A stretch of 64,000 nucleotides of DNA from Dimorphilus gyrociliatus. Lineage: Eukaryota; Animalia; Annelida. A program made the translations under genes and the position numbers. The notes beneath the pieces were generated by a model. The model made no database searches, was not told the origin of the DNA, and saw nothing but the letters and a program-made list of their open reading frames with translations. Location of the stretch: contig CAJFCJ010000004.1 in assembly GCA_904063045.1 (NCBI GenBank), forward strand, positions 556,195 through 620,194. Direction: 5' to 3'. Positions 14,131-26,166 of this stretch are shown here, piece after piece. Each line of letters starts with the position of its first letter. Position 1 is the stretch's first letter.

Positions 14131-14940
14131 ATGACCAGAGGTTTGCTTAGTGAAAATCTTGAGAATCTGGATAATTTAAATTTTAAAGAAGGCTCAATAA
14201 ATAGGATTGAAAGGAACTGTACTAATTTAAGTCAAGATGAAGACGGAGACTCCCCTCTACATTTGAGCATTTACTTCCATAACGACAAAACATGTTGTAG
14301 ATTGATACCAAGTATTTCTAAGCAGTCTTTAAACTTGCAAAATAACTTAGGACAAACAGGTCTTCATATCGCAACGGTTTTAAATAAAGTAAATGTTGTA
14401 AAGGAATTAATTAGCAATGGTATTGAACAAGTATTAGTTGACTGTAATGGAAAAACTGCCTTTCACATTGCGTGCTCTATGAACAATATTGATTTAGTAA
14501 AAAGTTTGTCGGGAAAACATTTTAACAAATCACTTCTGCAGATAAGAGATTTTCAAGGAGACACAATTTTACATTCTGCTTTAAGGAGTAAGATAAGAAA
14601 AGAAATTTTACTATATTTAATAACCGAATTAGGAGCTGATGTGAATATGATAGACTCAAGAAGTGGAAGGAATATATTTCATATTCTTGCTGAAGAAGGA
14701 GATGTGATGTTGTTTCGACTTTTACATAGTTTGTCAAAATGTGCAAATTTTAGTCTTTTAACTTTCTCTGGACATTCAATCTATCAATTAGCTATTGGGT
14801 GGGAGAAGGAAGAAATAGCAGATTATCTCATTAAAATTGGTGCCGACGACGAACCATATCAAAGTACAGATGACGAGTACGAGTCCGAATCAGACGATAA
14901 TTTGGATAATTTCATAAATATGTCTACAAGGAAAAATTAA
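14131..14940 (+). CDS. IkB/Cactus-like ankyrin-repeat protein (269 aa, CDS intronless)
   Basis: DEDGDSPLHL, QNNLGQTGLHIA, DCNGKTAFHIAC, DFQGDTILH, GADVN..DSRSGRNIFH, TFSGHSIYQLA ankyrin repeats in IkB order, followed by an acidic PEST tail (STDDEYESESDD). A probable 5'UTR intron lies at 14070-14129. Confidence 0.85.
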   Translation: MTRGLLSENLENLDNLNFKEGSINRIERNCTNLSQDEDGDSPLHLSIYFHNDKTCCRLIPSISKQSLNLQNNLGQTGLHIATVLNKVNVVKELISNGIEQVLVDCNGKTAFHIACSMNNIDLVKSLSGKHFNKSLLQIRDFQGDTILHSALRSKIRKEILLYLITELGADVNMIDSRSGRNIFHILAEEGDVMLFRLLHSLSKCANFSLLTFSGHSIYQLAIGWEKEEIADYLIKIGADDEPYQSTDDEYESESDDNLDNFINMSTRKN

Positions 14941-15258
14941 CATAGAATAATGAAGTATGTTTTATATGATATTTCCTCAGTGAGAAACTTATCTGTGATG
15001 CTTGAACTGTTTTCTTATTAATATTAAAACTATTTAACTATTACAACATAATAGCTAAATTATTAACATAGTTTTTATTAAAAAAGAAAAAAAATGTGAT
15101 TTCCTAATATAATGAAACAACCAATTGTCATAATTTCTTAGTCAATAGTTATTAATCAATAAAACATATTAAGTATGGATTTTCATAAGGAAAAACCAAA
15201 AGAAAGGGAGTTTCTTCTTTGACAATCTTTAAATATTAGAAACAGATATGTAATTTGA

Positions 15259-16369
15259 CTATGGAACAACTTGGCTAGCTTTTCTCAAACTTAAATAACC
15301 GCTTACAATATCTCCAGGAAGTAACTTGATTCTAGAATATTCTTCCTTATTTGAGAATCTTAATTTGCTTAATGGATCCATATATTTCGCCTAAATCCGA
15401 AAAAAAGTAATTAATTCTTCATGAATAATGAGAAAATCAAATTACTAACAGGAAAACCGGATAAGTCTGAAAACTTCGCGGGCGGAGCAAAAGAAGGTGG
15501 AACATCAATAGAAGAATCTGGGTGGGGGAAAAAACCAAAATGTTGTTATTAATTGAGTTCATGTAAAGTATCCCAAAGCCTCTTACATATTATTTGATCT
15601 GGATTAGTCAACATAGATCTCTCCATTGTAACGATCTGTTTTAAGCTTTTCCATATCCTAGAACGTTTTGAAGTACCAGTTCCTTTACAAGAATGCTAAA
15701 CAATAGTAAGGAAACACGAATTACTGATAAATATTTTTTCCAAGTGCAAATGTTTGATAGTTTATTGATTTTGTTGTCTTTTATTTACTTATTCTTTTAA
15801 TAAGAAGTAAAAGTGAAAAGTGATAATTTTTGACACGTACTCATTTTTTATGAGCCACATATCACGACCTATAGATAATCATATATCAGACATTATGATT
15901 CAATGTAAAATTTTCCAAAACTAATTGTTTACACATAACAACACGTGTATATGGCGAATTTTGGAAATTTCGATGTGTAAATGTGAATATGGGAGATAAT
16001 GGATAATTGACTGTATAAATAATAAGTTCCCAACTTAGCTGGTTAAAACTCACCACAAAATTAGGATTTTTGAATGGGAGTTTTTTCTTTTGAACTTCTT
16101 CGGTACATTCTTCTTCATTAATATCTTCTAAATTTATTGATTGACTATCAGTATCTTCTTTGTTAATATCTATTTCAATGTTTTCCTGCTTTTAAAGTTT
16201 TACTTGTATTATCGCTCACTCGATATCTAATAAATTACGCTAAACAAACCACTTCGGGAACTTTTTTCTTTTTAGACGTTGGCAGAGACACTCGAATTTT
16301 TGCTGCCTTTTTCCTTTTCTTTTTAGGTGGACTTGAAGTCCTATCGGCAGGGGAATTTCTAGTTGACAT
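15259..16369 (-). CDS. INO80C: INO80 complex subunit C (Ies6/YL1-C domain); 5 exons
   Basis: Not in the ORF track. Manual splicing gives MSTRNSPADRTSSPPKKKRKK (NLS-like) ... LPFKNPNFV-HS ... WKSLKQIV ... YSSIDVPPSFAPPAKFSDLSGFP-AKYMDPLSKLRFSNKEEYSRIKLLPGDIVSGYLSLRKASQVVP*. Confidence 0.93.
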
Positions 16370-17274
16370 AAGAGATCATAAAAATGGTACCGCTTGAAAT
16401 TCCACTTAAAATTATTTTCTCAATTTTCTATTAAAAAGCTATTTTTATTTTTTTAAGGATTAAAAATAAAATATAAAAAAAAATTCATCTTCTATGAAAA
16501 AAAATTGTTTAGCAACCACCCCTGTTTATTTGACACGACAAAAAGTTTATGACTAATACAATGATGCTTTGTAATTTAAACGAGAGTTTTAGTCATTCGT
16601 TCCATAGTTCATATCTAAAAGATAAAAACAATTTATTATATAAGTCAAAAAAATTTCTATTCGTAATTTAATCGATAAGCTAATATCTTTGGGTTTTTCT
16701 AATCTCCGAGTGTGAAATTCCCAAGTCAACAATCGGTTGTGATCATATCATTTTGGATAAAAAAAAAATAGAGTAAAACACTTAGGCCTATTTTTTAAAA
16801 ATAATAATTTATGACGAGTTAAAACTAAAAATTTTTGTACTTTATTTATCTTGAATAGTAATTATATAGTTTACGACTTTCTCCACTAAATCCTTCCTTC
16901 CTCCTATAAAAGTCCAGAAAAAGTAAGAATACAGTCAAAAGTAATGCTTTAAAAAATTATGAAGGGAATATAATAAAAGTGGGGAAAGGAAGTAAAAAAG
17001 GCGAAAGAAATTTTATGTTCGTGTTCTTATGTCATAAATTAGATATACTTGTATTACTAACTTTTCATTATTTTTCAAGAAAATAGGGGATATATAGATT
17101 GGGATAGGTGGATGAATTATGCCTCATTTTTCTATATACAGTTTTAATAAATGCTTTATAATATCTAGATACTGTTTTCTGGTGCATTGGTGAAGGAATA
17201 AATATATCTTTGCATATGAAAAAATGGTAACGCAACTTGAAAGTGTAACAGTCTATACAAAAACACAATGCTTT

Positions 17275-20200
17275 TCAACTTGTGCTATCCTCATCGGTTT
17301 TTTTAAGTTTTTTAAATAGTTCTGCCATATATTGACATCTTTCAGCGATCTGAAATTAATATTAGATTAGAGGAATACTTTCCATTAATTAATAATTAAT
17401 ATAATTTACCGCGTGAGGATCTCTATTCATTTGTTGTGCTAGTAAAAAGAATACGCGAAACGAACAATCTTGGTGGTGTTTGCATGTTTCTAATATCAAT
17501 TTATCTTCTTCTCTTGTCCAGGCTGTGTTTGTAATCAAATAAATAGATTGATAAATAAACGTAAATTGTACATTGGAAAATAAAGCACGTACGTTCGTTT
17601 GACGGTTTTGGCATTTGTTGGGAAGTTGTGGTATTAGATTTTTCTTTATCATTATTCTCCGCTTCTACAGTTTCGGGTATATTATCTGCTCTTGGAACGC
17701 TAAATTGTGAATTATCAAGGTCGACTTCGCATGCTAGTGGAACGCTAAATTGTGTGTCGTCAAAATGAACTTCCTTTTTCTCACTCTCGTCCAATATATT
17801 TAAATGTTCGGCAAGCGAACTAAAATCTTTTGGAATAGAATTTTCAACTATTTCATTGTCTTCTTCATTGTCCCCCTCTAAACTATTTTCCAAGTCCATC
17901 TGGGAACAAACAGAATCTTCAGATGAGGAAGAATCATCACTCTTCTTGGAAGGACTATTATACACTATATTTACAGATTCCAATTTTCTATTTTTTTTCA
18001 AGTACAACTTCCCGTTTTTTGTAGATAAACCACAAGACAAACAATGTCGAAGTCTAACTGGTCCTTGGCCTTCGTGGCAAGTGCAATTGCACTTTTCAGA
18101 ACCTTTGACCTCCAAATCTTCATCCGGAGGACAAACAGCCGTTTCAAATTCATCTTCAGGATTGCTTTCTTCGAGATAAACATCTTCATATTCTTCGTCT
18201 CGAATATTTGATTTAGATAAATTGAATAAGGATTCAAAAGATTCAAGTAAACTTCTTTGCCCTTTTAAAAGCGATCTTATCTTCTCCTGTAGTTCTTTTT
18301 CGGTAATTTTCTTTGTAATTAATTTGTGAAAGGTTCGAAAAATTTTATGAAGGCTATAGGTTTGATTTTCAAACACAATCTACAATTGAATTGCGAAAAA
18401 TAGAGTATTATTACAAAAACTGATGTAGGGAAAAAGACAACTTACTTCGCATTTCCTAAGAAACAATCGAAACCTATGAATGAAGATGTAATCTTCGTAA
18501 CAATTACACTTAATAGCTTGAAAAGGTAACAAAAGAGCCGAAAAAAGTCGTACGATAGTAGGATAGTCAACAAATTTGGCTGACAATTCGCTATGAAGCT
18601 AATTAAGGAATTAGGCAAAATGTGAATATGAATGAATAAATGTACGTATATAATGGTTTACTTTTAATACTGATTCATTTTCCATTACTCTCGACTTATT
18701 GAACTTTACGCAAGCTTCCAATAATTCTTTAAATTTTTCACTTCCTGCCGTCGTTTGTACCAATTTACAGAGACCGACAACAAAAGATTTTTCTTTTTCA
18801 AGTTTCTAAGCACAAAACGAGTTTTTATTATGTTTATTTTTAGGAATTCAAAATATAATTTGAATAATATATATACTAACATTTGGGTCTTTGTCTAATA
18901 ATTCGTCGTCCATTATTTTTTTAGCTATCTCTTGTTTCAATTTACTATTAATGTCCTTTTTAGTTTGTTCGCTGAAAAGATAATTAACTTTATTCTATAC
19001 GAGTACAATAGCATTTTCTTACATTTGTGTGTTTTCCTTAGGATCAATATTCTCAACGTCTTCGCAATCCTTTTCTTCGACTTTTTCTTCAACCGTTTCC
19101 TTTAACTCTTTCTTTTCTATAGATAACAATTTCCTTTTAGCTTTATCAGTCAAGCGTTTGGCTATAACTTTTGCAGGAGATAAATTCTTTTTTGGTGAGA
19201 ATGACTTTAAACCCAGTTTCGGAGGAGTACGGTCTCCAATTAATAATGAGGCAACGCTTAATAAAAATGGGCTTTCCTCCTCTTCTTCGTCCTCCTCTTC
19301 ATCTTCTTCTGCGTCTTCCTCATCTTCGTCTTCATCATCCTCTTCCATTTTCATTTCTTGAGTTTCACCAGCAGCATTTGCCTCTCCGGGATCCTCTTCA
19401 TCGCTCGATTCACTACTTAAAGTCATACCCAAATTAGTATAATCTCCATCGATTTTGTCAACAACTTCCGGTGTTTTAGCTTGAGTGTCTTTCGGTGAAG
19501 TTGACAGAGATGCCTAAAACAACAGTGTGTGACGCAAATATAAATAATTAAAAGGAAGAAATTAAACATACACTTTGCTGCTGAATAGTCGCTTCTTTTT
19601 CCGGTGAGGATTCTGGAGTATTTAATATATCTATACTTTGATATTCTGGAGTTGGGGGAACTGGAAGGCTTTCTGTATCCATACATTCTACACTATTTTC
19701 CTTCTTAATTACACTATCTTTAGAATCATTAACAGGATCTTCCAATTTTACTTTAACCTCTCCTTCAATACCACAGGCGGCAGCACATGCTTGTAAAAGA
19801 TCACAGCCCTTATCCATATTTGTAATTGCAGTTTTAGCCGGTGAGTCAAGTAATATAATTTGTGAAGAAGGAGGCCTATTTTGAGCAGTACCGAAAGGAA
19901 TTAGATAAGTAGTTTCAGGAGGTTTCTGTTTTTCTTGAATGAGTATAACTCTACAAAAAACTTAATGTTACTGTCAATCAAGTATAAAAGAAGAAAAAAC
20001 GAATTATTCATCATTTCAATTCTAAATAACTTACACCGGTTGTTGAATTTTTGGTTGGAGTTTAAGTTTTGTATCCTTTTTATCTGAAGATTCTTTCACA
20101 TCTCTTTTACTTTTCATTTGTTTATATTTCTATTGAAAAAAAATGTATAAGAGACTAATATGGAGGAATATAAATATAATTGTCTATTTACCAAACACCA

Positions 20201-23200
20201 TTTAGGACCTATTGTGCTTATCGCAGAATTATTAATCGGGGCAACAATGCTGGCTAGTTCCGTTGGTCTTGGATAGTCTGGCAGTCTTCCTTCCTTTATA
20301 TATAGAGCTACAGCATTATTCACTCGCGTTGTCCTTTCAGAATTAAGGACTTCTATATGATTCCTAATACATTCCCCACTAATAGTTGGCATGAGATAGT
20401 CCGATATTAATTTGCAGCTTTCCAATTGTTCATTATGAAAATTACTCATTTCTGATATGGCTATTGCTAATAAACTAAAATAAAAAAAAAGTATAATACA
20501 ATAAAAAAACAAAACCCAAAGACAAAAATGTACTAACTGATCTTCAGCATGAGTAAAATGTTTCTTTTTCGTACTTGTATTCTTTCCGCTCGTTTCAGGT
20601 ATTTCATAATTTTTCGATGGTAACAAATCCAAATGCACAAAGGCTTGACTATTCATAAAAATGTCCTTTTGTCTTGCAGATAAAACTTGTTTATATCTCT
20701 TCAATTCATTCTCGCAAGGAAAATAAGTATCAACTTCACAAACTTCTAATGCTGCTTTTAAATTCCCAGGTATAAAAAATGAAGCCGAAATATTGTTAAT
20801 TTGCATAAATTGTTCACCAAGTAATTGTAATTCGAGCTAATAAAAAAAATCAAATAAATTACTTCATTGAAGTTATAAATTAATTGAATAAGTTCATAAT
20901 TACTAAAAATGTCTTAGAATTAATTGCACTTGATTCAAAATGTTTCGATCCAGCCGTTAAGACAAAAGTCTGAGCTAAAATTTGAACATGCTGAAAAAAA
21001 TATTCTTATAGCAAATAGCTAATAGATATTTAAAGAGTTTTAGTATACCTTTTGCATCTGATGCATAAGCTGCCGACCTTGATGGTGTGTTAGAGAGAAT
21101 ACTAGTCTTGGTTTCACTGGCTTACTCTTTTCTTTATCTTCGGCGATTAAATCTTTACCCAAATTATTTTTTATCTCAATTAAATCCTTCAAACGCATAC
21201 TTCCAATATTCTTATTTAGGCTGTTTGAACGTAATAAAAGGTAAAAAACGGTTTTCTAATAAACTAGTTCAATAGTTACCGTGTTAAATCAAATTCTTTT
21301 TTCGTTTCGATCGTATTCACTTCTTGTTCAGCTTTAACCTCTTCATTTTGATCGGTAAAAGTTTTTTCAATATCTTGTCCATCCTCCGATACTAAATCAC
21401 TAAATATTTCATCAATCAAGTCCGAAACCTCTTGTTCTGTTGAGAAAAATTGAAGAAAGAAATATTTCGACTTATTACTTATTGTAAAAACGAACTTGGA
21501 ATTTTCACTGCTTTGTCACTACGAAATTCTTCAGTTTCATCATCTGATTCATCCATTTCTTTCATTACATTAAATTCTTCATCGTCCTCCTCCTCATTCG
21601 TTACATCCATTTTAGGGTCCTTACTTAAATTTGTCAAAAATCTTAACCAATCTGGATTACTATCCGTAGATAAATCATATAAATCTGGAGTAACATCTGG
21701 TGCTAGGAAAGAAGCTTCTATTTCACTTAAATCGCATTCTGTTAGAGGATGCTTAGATCTTGTACGTTTGGCTATTGTGGGAACTTCCTAAAATTTATGA
21801 GAAAAGGAAACAAGAGTTATTTTATACTTCAAATTCAGAAGAATTTACAACAGTTTGAAAATATAAGAACAGTTAACATCTTAACAAAGAATATAATATA
21901 TAACATTATTATTATATAATATTAGCTTTTTAACAGTGTAATTTACTATCTGTACACATCTTCGACTCACTTTCGACAAACGAGTAACATTCATGTCCAT
22001 ATTCTTAAGTGGTTATTAAAAAATTTAAAAATGAATTATAAAAAAAGACTACAAAATCTTACCTGAGAATCTTCAGTCGCTGTCTTAGGAGTCATGACTT
22101 GATTTTGAGGTGATCCTAAATCCGCTACCGAACTTTTACTATCTATATCACTTTCTTCTTCCGACTAGTAAGAATATTATTATTAGATACAAAAAGCAAA
22201 AAGCAACATATTGTCTCACATCATGACTAGGCTCGTAAACTTGGTCGTTGTCATCGTCATCGTCAAGGGCATAATCTAACAGAGATTTTTCAATTTCTTC
22301 GTTGATCCAATCTGATGATTGTCCTACCGGCTGCTGACCATCTTGAGCCCTATATTTAAACTTGGCTCTAGTCATCTTAGGTTCAAACAGAGCATCATAG
22401 AGAGAATCTATATTTTCTTCCTCCTCTTGAATACAATTAACCTGTTTCGAAATGGCCTCTCTGACATTTTCCAGAATGTTAGTCTTCTCTAGTTCCTAAA
22501 ATAAATAGGTTGAATATTAGTTTCTTTCTTCAATTCGATTATGAAAACGGCTAAAAAGTCTATTACTTACATGTACAATTGTAGTTGCATTCCTTTTCGA
22601 TATATTATACTTCTTTTGAGTATTCTCTAAAACTTTTGTTATGTTTTCGATTATTGACATATCAACTTCTCCAAATTCCTCATCATAGCTATCTAATTTC
22701 TCGTCATCTTCATCTTCCTCGTCCTCCTCTTCCCATTCATCGTCATCGTCCTCGTCATCCTGATCGTTGATTATACTTTCTGCCATTTCCTTTCCTTTTT
22801 CTATTAATAACTTATCTTCGGAATTTTCTCTTTGAGTTTGACTGAGACCTGGTTCTGGTGGAGTAACCATTATTTTTTTAGGAGTAGGTTGTTCATCAGG
22901 CGACAAATTCAACTTTCTCTTAACCGTTTTTCTTGGCGATGAGTAGAAAGCTGATTTTTTCAACGAGGATTTGGGTGTTTTTAGACCGGATTTCCTATTG
23001 CTTCTTACTGGTGTTCTGGATTTAGATCCACTTTTTCTGGGTGTTTTTACCCGTCGAACAGGTGTTTTCAGGCCCTGAGATTCCTTACTGAAGGAGGATA
23101 ACTGACTAATGATATTTTCAAAGGACGGATCATTTTGAGGAGTTTTTGACTTTCCAGTAGTGGGAGATGTTTCTAGTACTTCAGGAGTTTTCTCAGCAGT

Positions 23201-23341
23201 TTCTGGTTGGGCGATTTCTACAGGAATTATCTTTGAATCGGAACTTGGCGAAGATTCTACCCAAGCTTCATCAGCATCTACATTTCGAAATCTAGGATTT
23301 TTCTTTGGAGTCCTGACACTATTTTTCGTAGGTGTTTCCAT
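17275..23341 (-). CDS. GON4L: GON-4-like (GON4L/Udu/Mute) transcriptional regulator, many exons
   Basis: Large S/T-P and acidic low-complexity protein. It has KHFTHAEDQ-LLAIAI (Myb-like), a PAH-like segment (IRSLLKGQRSLLESFESLF) and a C-terminal SANT-like WTREEDKLILETC...FFLLAQQM..IAERCQYMAELF ending DEDSTS*. Confidence 0.82.
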
Positions 23342-23967
23342 AATTTACGACATATTAGAAAGTGGAAAACTATAAATCTTCCATTGATGCTCAATCGAAT
23401 AAAGAGAATAACGCGAATCCAATATTATTCAAATAAAACATAAGTAAAACATTCCTAATTTTTTATACCAATTTTCGTGAAATTTTTAGAGAAACGACAG
23501 GAACGTAGAGTGGTACCTGACCCAGAAATTTCTGACACTTGACTTTTCTGCAACATTAAGAATAAAAAATATTGCAATTGAAAACACTTTTTATATCTAT
23601 ATTTTAATCATACAAAATAGTAGGAAATTCTAATATGAACCACAATTTCCTTAGATGTGCTAGAAGACGTAAACTTGTTGATACATTTTTAGTGAACTTT
23701 TTAAGTGCTATAAAATAAATCAAAGGAAAAGTTTTCAATACTAAAATAATAAAAATAACAGATATTCTAATATTTATACAAGTTCAAAAATTATAAGAAG
23801 CTTAGCGTTTTCCATACGAAATTAATACATTAAAAAAGCATAAAAACTTATTTTATTATCATAAAATAATTTTTCGAGAAATTTTCTCTAACAATCCGAA
23901 CATCTTACCAGTTTTTATTCTCGGCTCATATAAACGTGACTGATACACATGTAAGATTTCTTGAAAC

Positions 23968-25891
23968 ATGGAGCTAACTGAAGAAGAGCTTGCTAAATAC
24001 GAGACATATCGTAAATATAGATCACCGTTAACGGCCAGATATGCTAGTAGGGAGATGTCAGAAAATTTTGGTGAATTGAAAAAATTTATCACTTGGCGAA
24101 GGCTATGGTTATGGCTTGCCGAAGCAGAGAAGGTCTGAGTTAAAACTTTAATTTTCCAAATTATCTTCTTTGTTTCATCATCAGGAGGTTGGTCTAAAAA
24201 TTAACGTTGACGGTAAGATGAGAGGAATTACCGATGATGAAATACAAGAGCTAAAGGACAACTTGAAAAATATTGACTTTGAAATGGCAAAGTCAGAGGA
24301 AAGAAAAAGAAAACACGATGTAATGGCCCATGTTCATACTTATGCAGCAGCATGCCCGAAAGCAGGCGCTATTATTCACTTAGGTACAATATCCTCTTTT
24401 TACAATTTAAAACATGTGCTATAAATTTGATTGTTGGTGTAAATTTTCACAGGCGCAACGTCCGCGTATGTTGGAGACAATACGGACTTAATCCTTATGA
24501 GGGATGGAATAAATATTCTATTACCAAAGTTGGCCAGATGCATTGATAGATTGAAAAATACTGCTATAAAATATAAAGACCAACCAACATTGGGATTGAC
24601 ACATTTACAGTAATTAAAATCTTGATAAATATAGCGCAAAACTTAAAAAGTATACTATTTTCATTAGACCGGCTCAACTTACAACTGTTGGGAAAAGATG
24701 TTGTCTTTGGCTTCAGGACTTTTTAATGGATCTCCGCAATTTCCAGAGGGTCAGAGATGATATAAAATTTCGAGGAGTGAAAGGTACCACTGGTACCCAG
24801 GCAAGTTTTTTGGAATTGTTTGATGGCGATCATGATAAAGTTGATAATATTGATGAAATAGTGACAAAGAAAGCTGGTATGAAAAGGTAAAATTGCCTGA
24901 AATAAGCATTGAATAATTACTTTTATAATTCCTTTTTACTTAGTGCTTTCATAATATGCGGCCAAACTTATACAAGAAAAGTTGATGTCGACTGCGTTAA
25001 TGCTCTAGCTTCTTTTGGCTCTTCAGTTCATAAGGTGAGAACAGATTTATATCGTTTTTCGTGTATCCAATACAAGCGTCTATAAAGTTTCCAAATATTA
25101 ACTTTTAGTATATTTATGGTAATTTCTCTTTTGCTTTGCAGATGTGCACAGACATTAGAATACTTGCGAATATGAAAGAAATGGAAGAACCCTTCGATAA
25201 AGATCAAATAGGATCATCAGCAATGGCGTACAAAAGAAATCCAATGCGCTCGGAGAGATGTTGTAGTTTGGCTAGACATTTATGCAGTCTGGTGCAAGAT
25301 ACTATGCACACTCATTCTGTCCAATGGATGGAAAGATCTCTCGATGATAGCGCAAACAGACGACTTTCACTACCAGAAGCTTTTTTAATTTCTGATATTC
25401 TACTAGAAATTATACAAAATATAAGCGAAGGATTAGTTGTTTATCCGAAAAGAATAATGCAACGAATTAGCGAAGAATTACCATTCATGGCTACTGAAAA
25501 TATAATAATGGCCATGGTCAAAAAACAACAAGATAGACAGGAATGTCATGAAGAAATAAGAAAGCTTAGTCAGGAAGCTGCTTATGTCGTTAAAGTTGAA
25601 GGAGGTAGAAACGATTTAATTGAGGTACATATTGTTGAAGGTTTTTTATTCAAAGAGAATGTTTTATTTTTTATAACTATCAATTAAATACCATCCTCTT
25701 CTCTATCACAGCGTATTAAGGCCTCAAGTTATTTCAAGCCCATTCATGACGAATTAGACAGTTTACTTGACCCAGCTACCTTTATTGGACGGGCTCCAGA
25801 GCAAGTAGTAAAGTTTATAGAATCTGAAGTTGACCCAGCTTTGAAACAATATCAAAATGATCTGGAAGGAAAGTCAGAGTTTTCTGTCTAA
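23968..25891 (+). CDS. ADSL: Adenylosuccinate lyase, about 8 exons
   Basis: [69 protein letters not shown], signature [30 protein letters not shown]; ends GKSEFSV*. Confidence 0.97.
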
Positions 25892-26166
25892 AAGTTGTTG
25901 GCCGTAACGAATGCTATATTTCATCAACCTAAATTTCGAATAATAGGTTGAATTATTAGTGTCCGATTGTAGAAAAGGCTAATACCAAAATGAATAAAAT
26001 AGGCACAAAAATTGAGCAGTATTTGAATTTTCTTCTTTATTCATCATCACAATTATATAGTTTTAGGCATTTTAATGATAAATTTGGTAAAGTAAACATT
26101 TGACTTTTATCGTTAAAGCCAACTTTTGGTAAATCTGTATGGGTTGAATTCATTGTTTTAGAATCA

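Noticed and set aside
16905-16940. TATAAAAG plus CAGT on the + strand between INO80C and GON4L (antisense promoter?)
   Set aside because: Spacing is 28 nt, only trivial ORFs follow, and such matches are expected by chance in AT-rich DNA.
17856-23375. Several + strand S-rich ORFs (17856, 19029, 19171, 21450, 22585, 23160)
   Set aside because: Antisense shadows of acidic GON4L exons.
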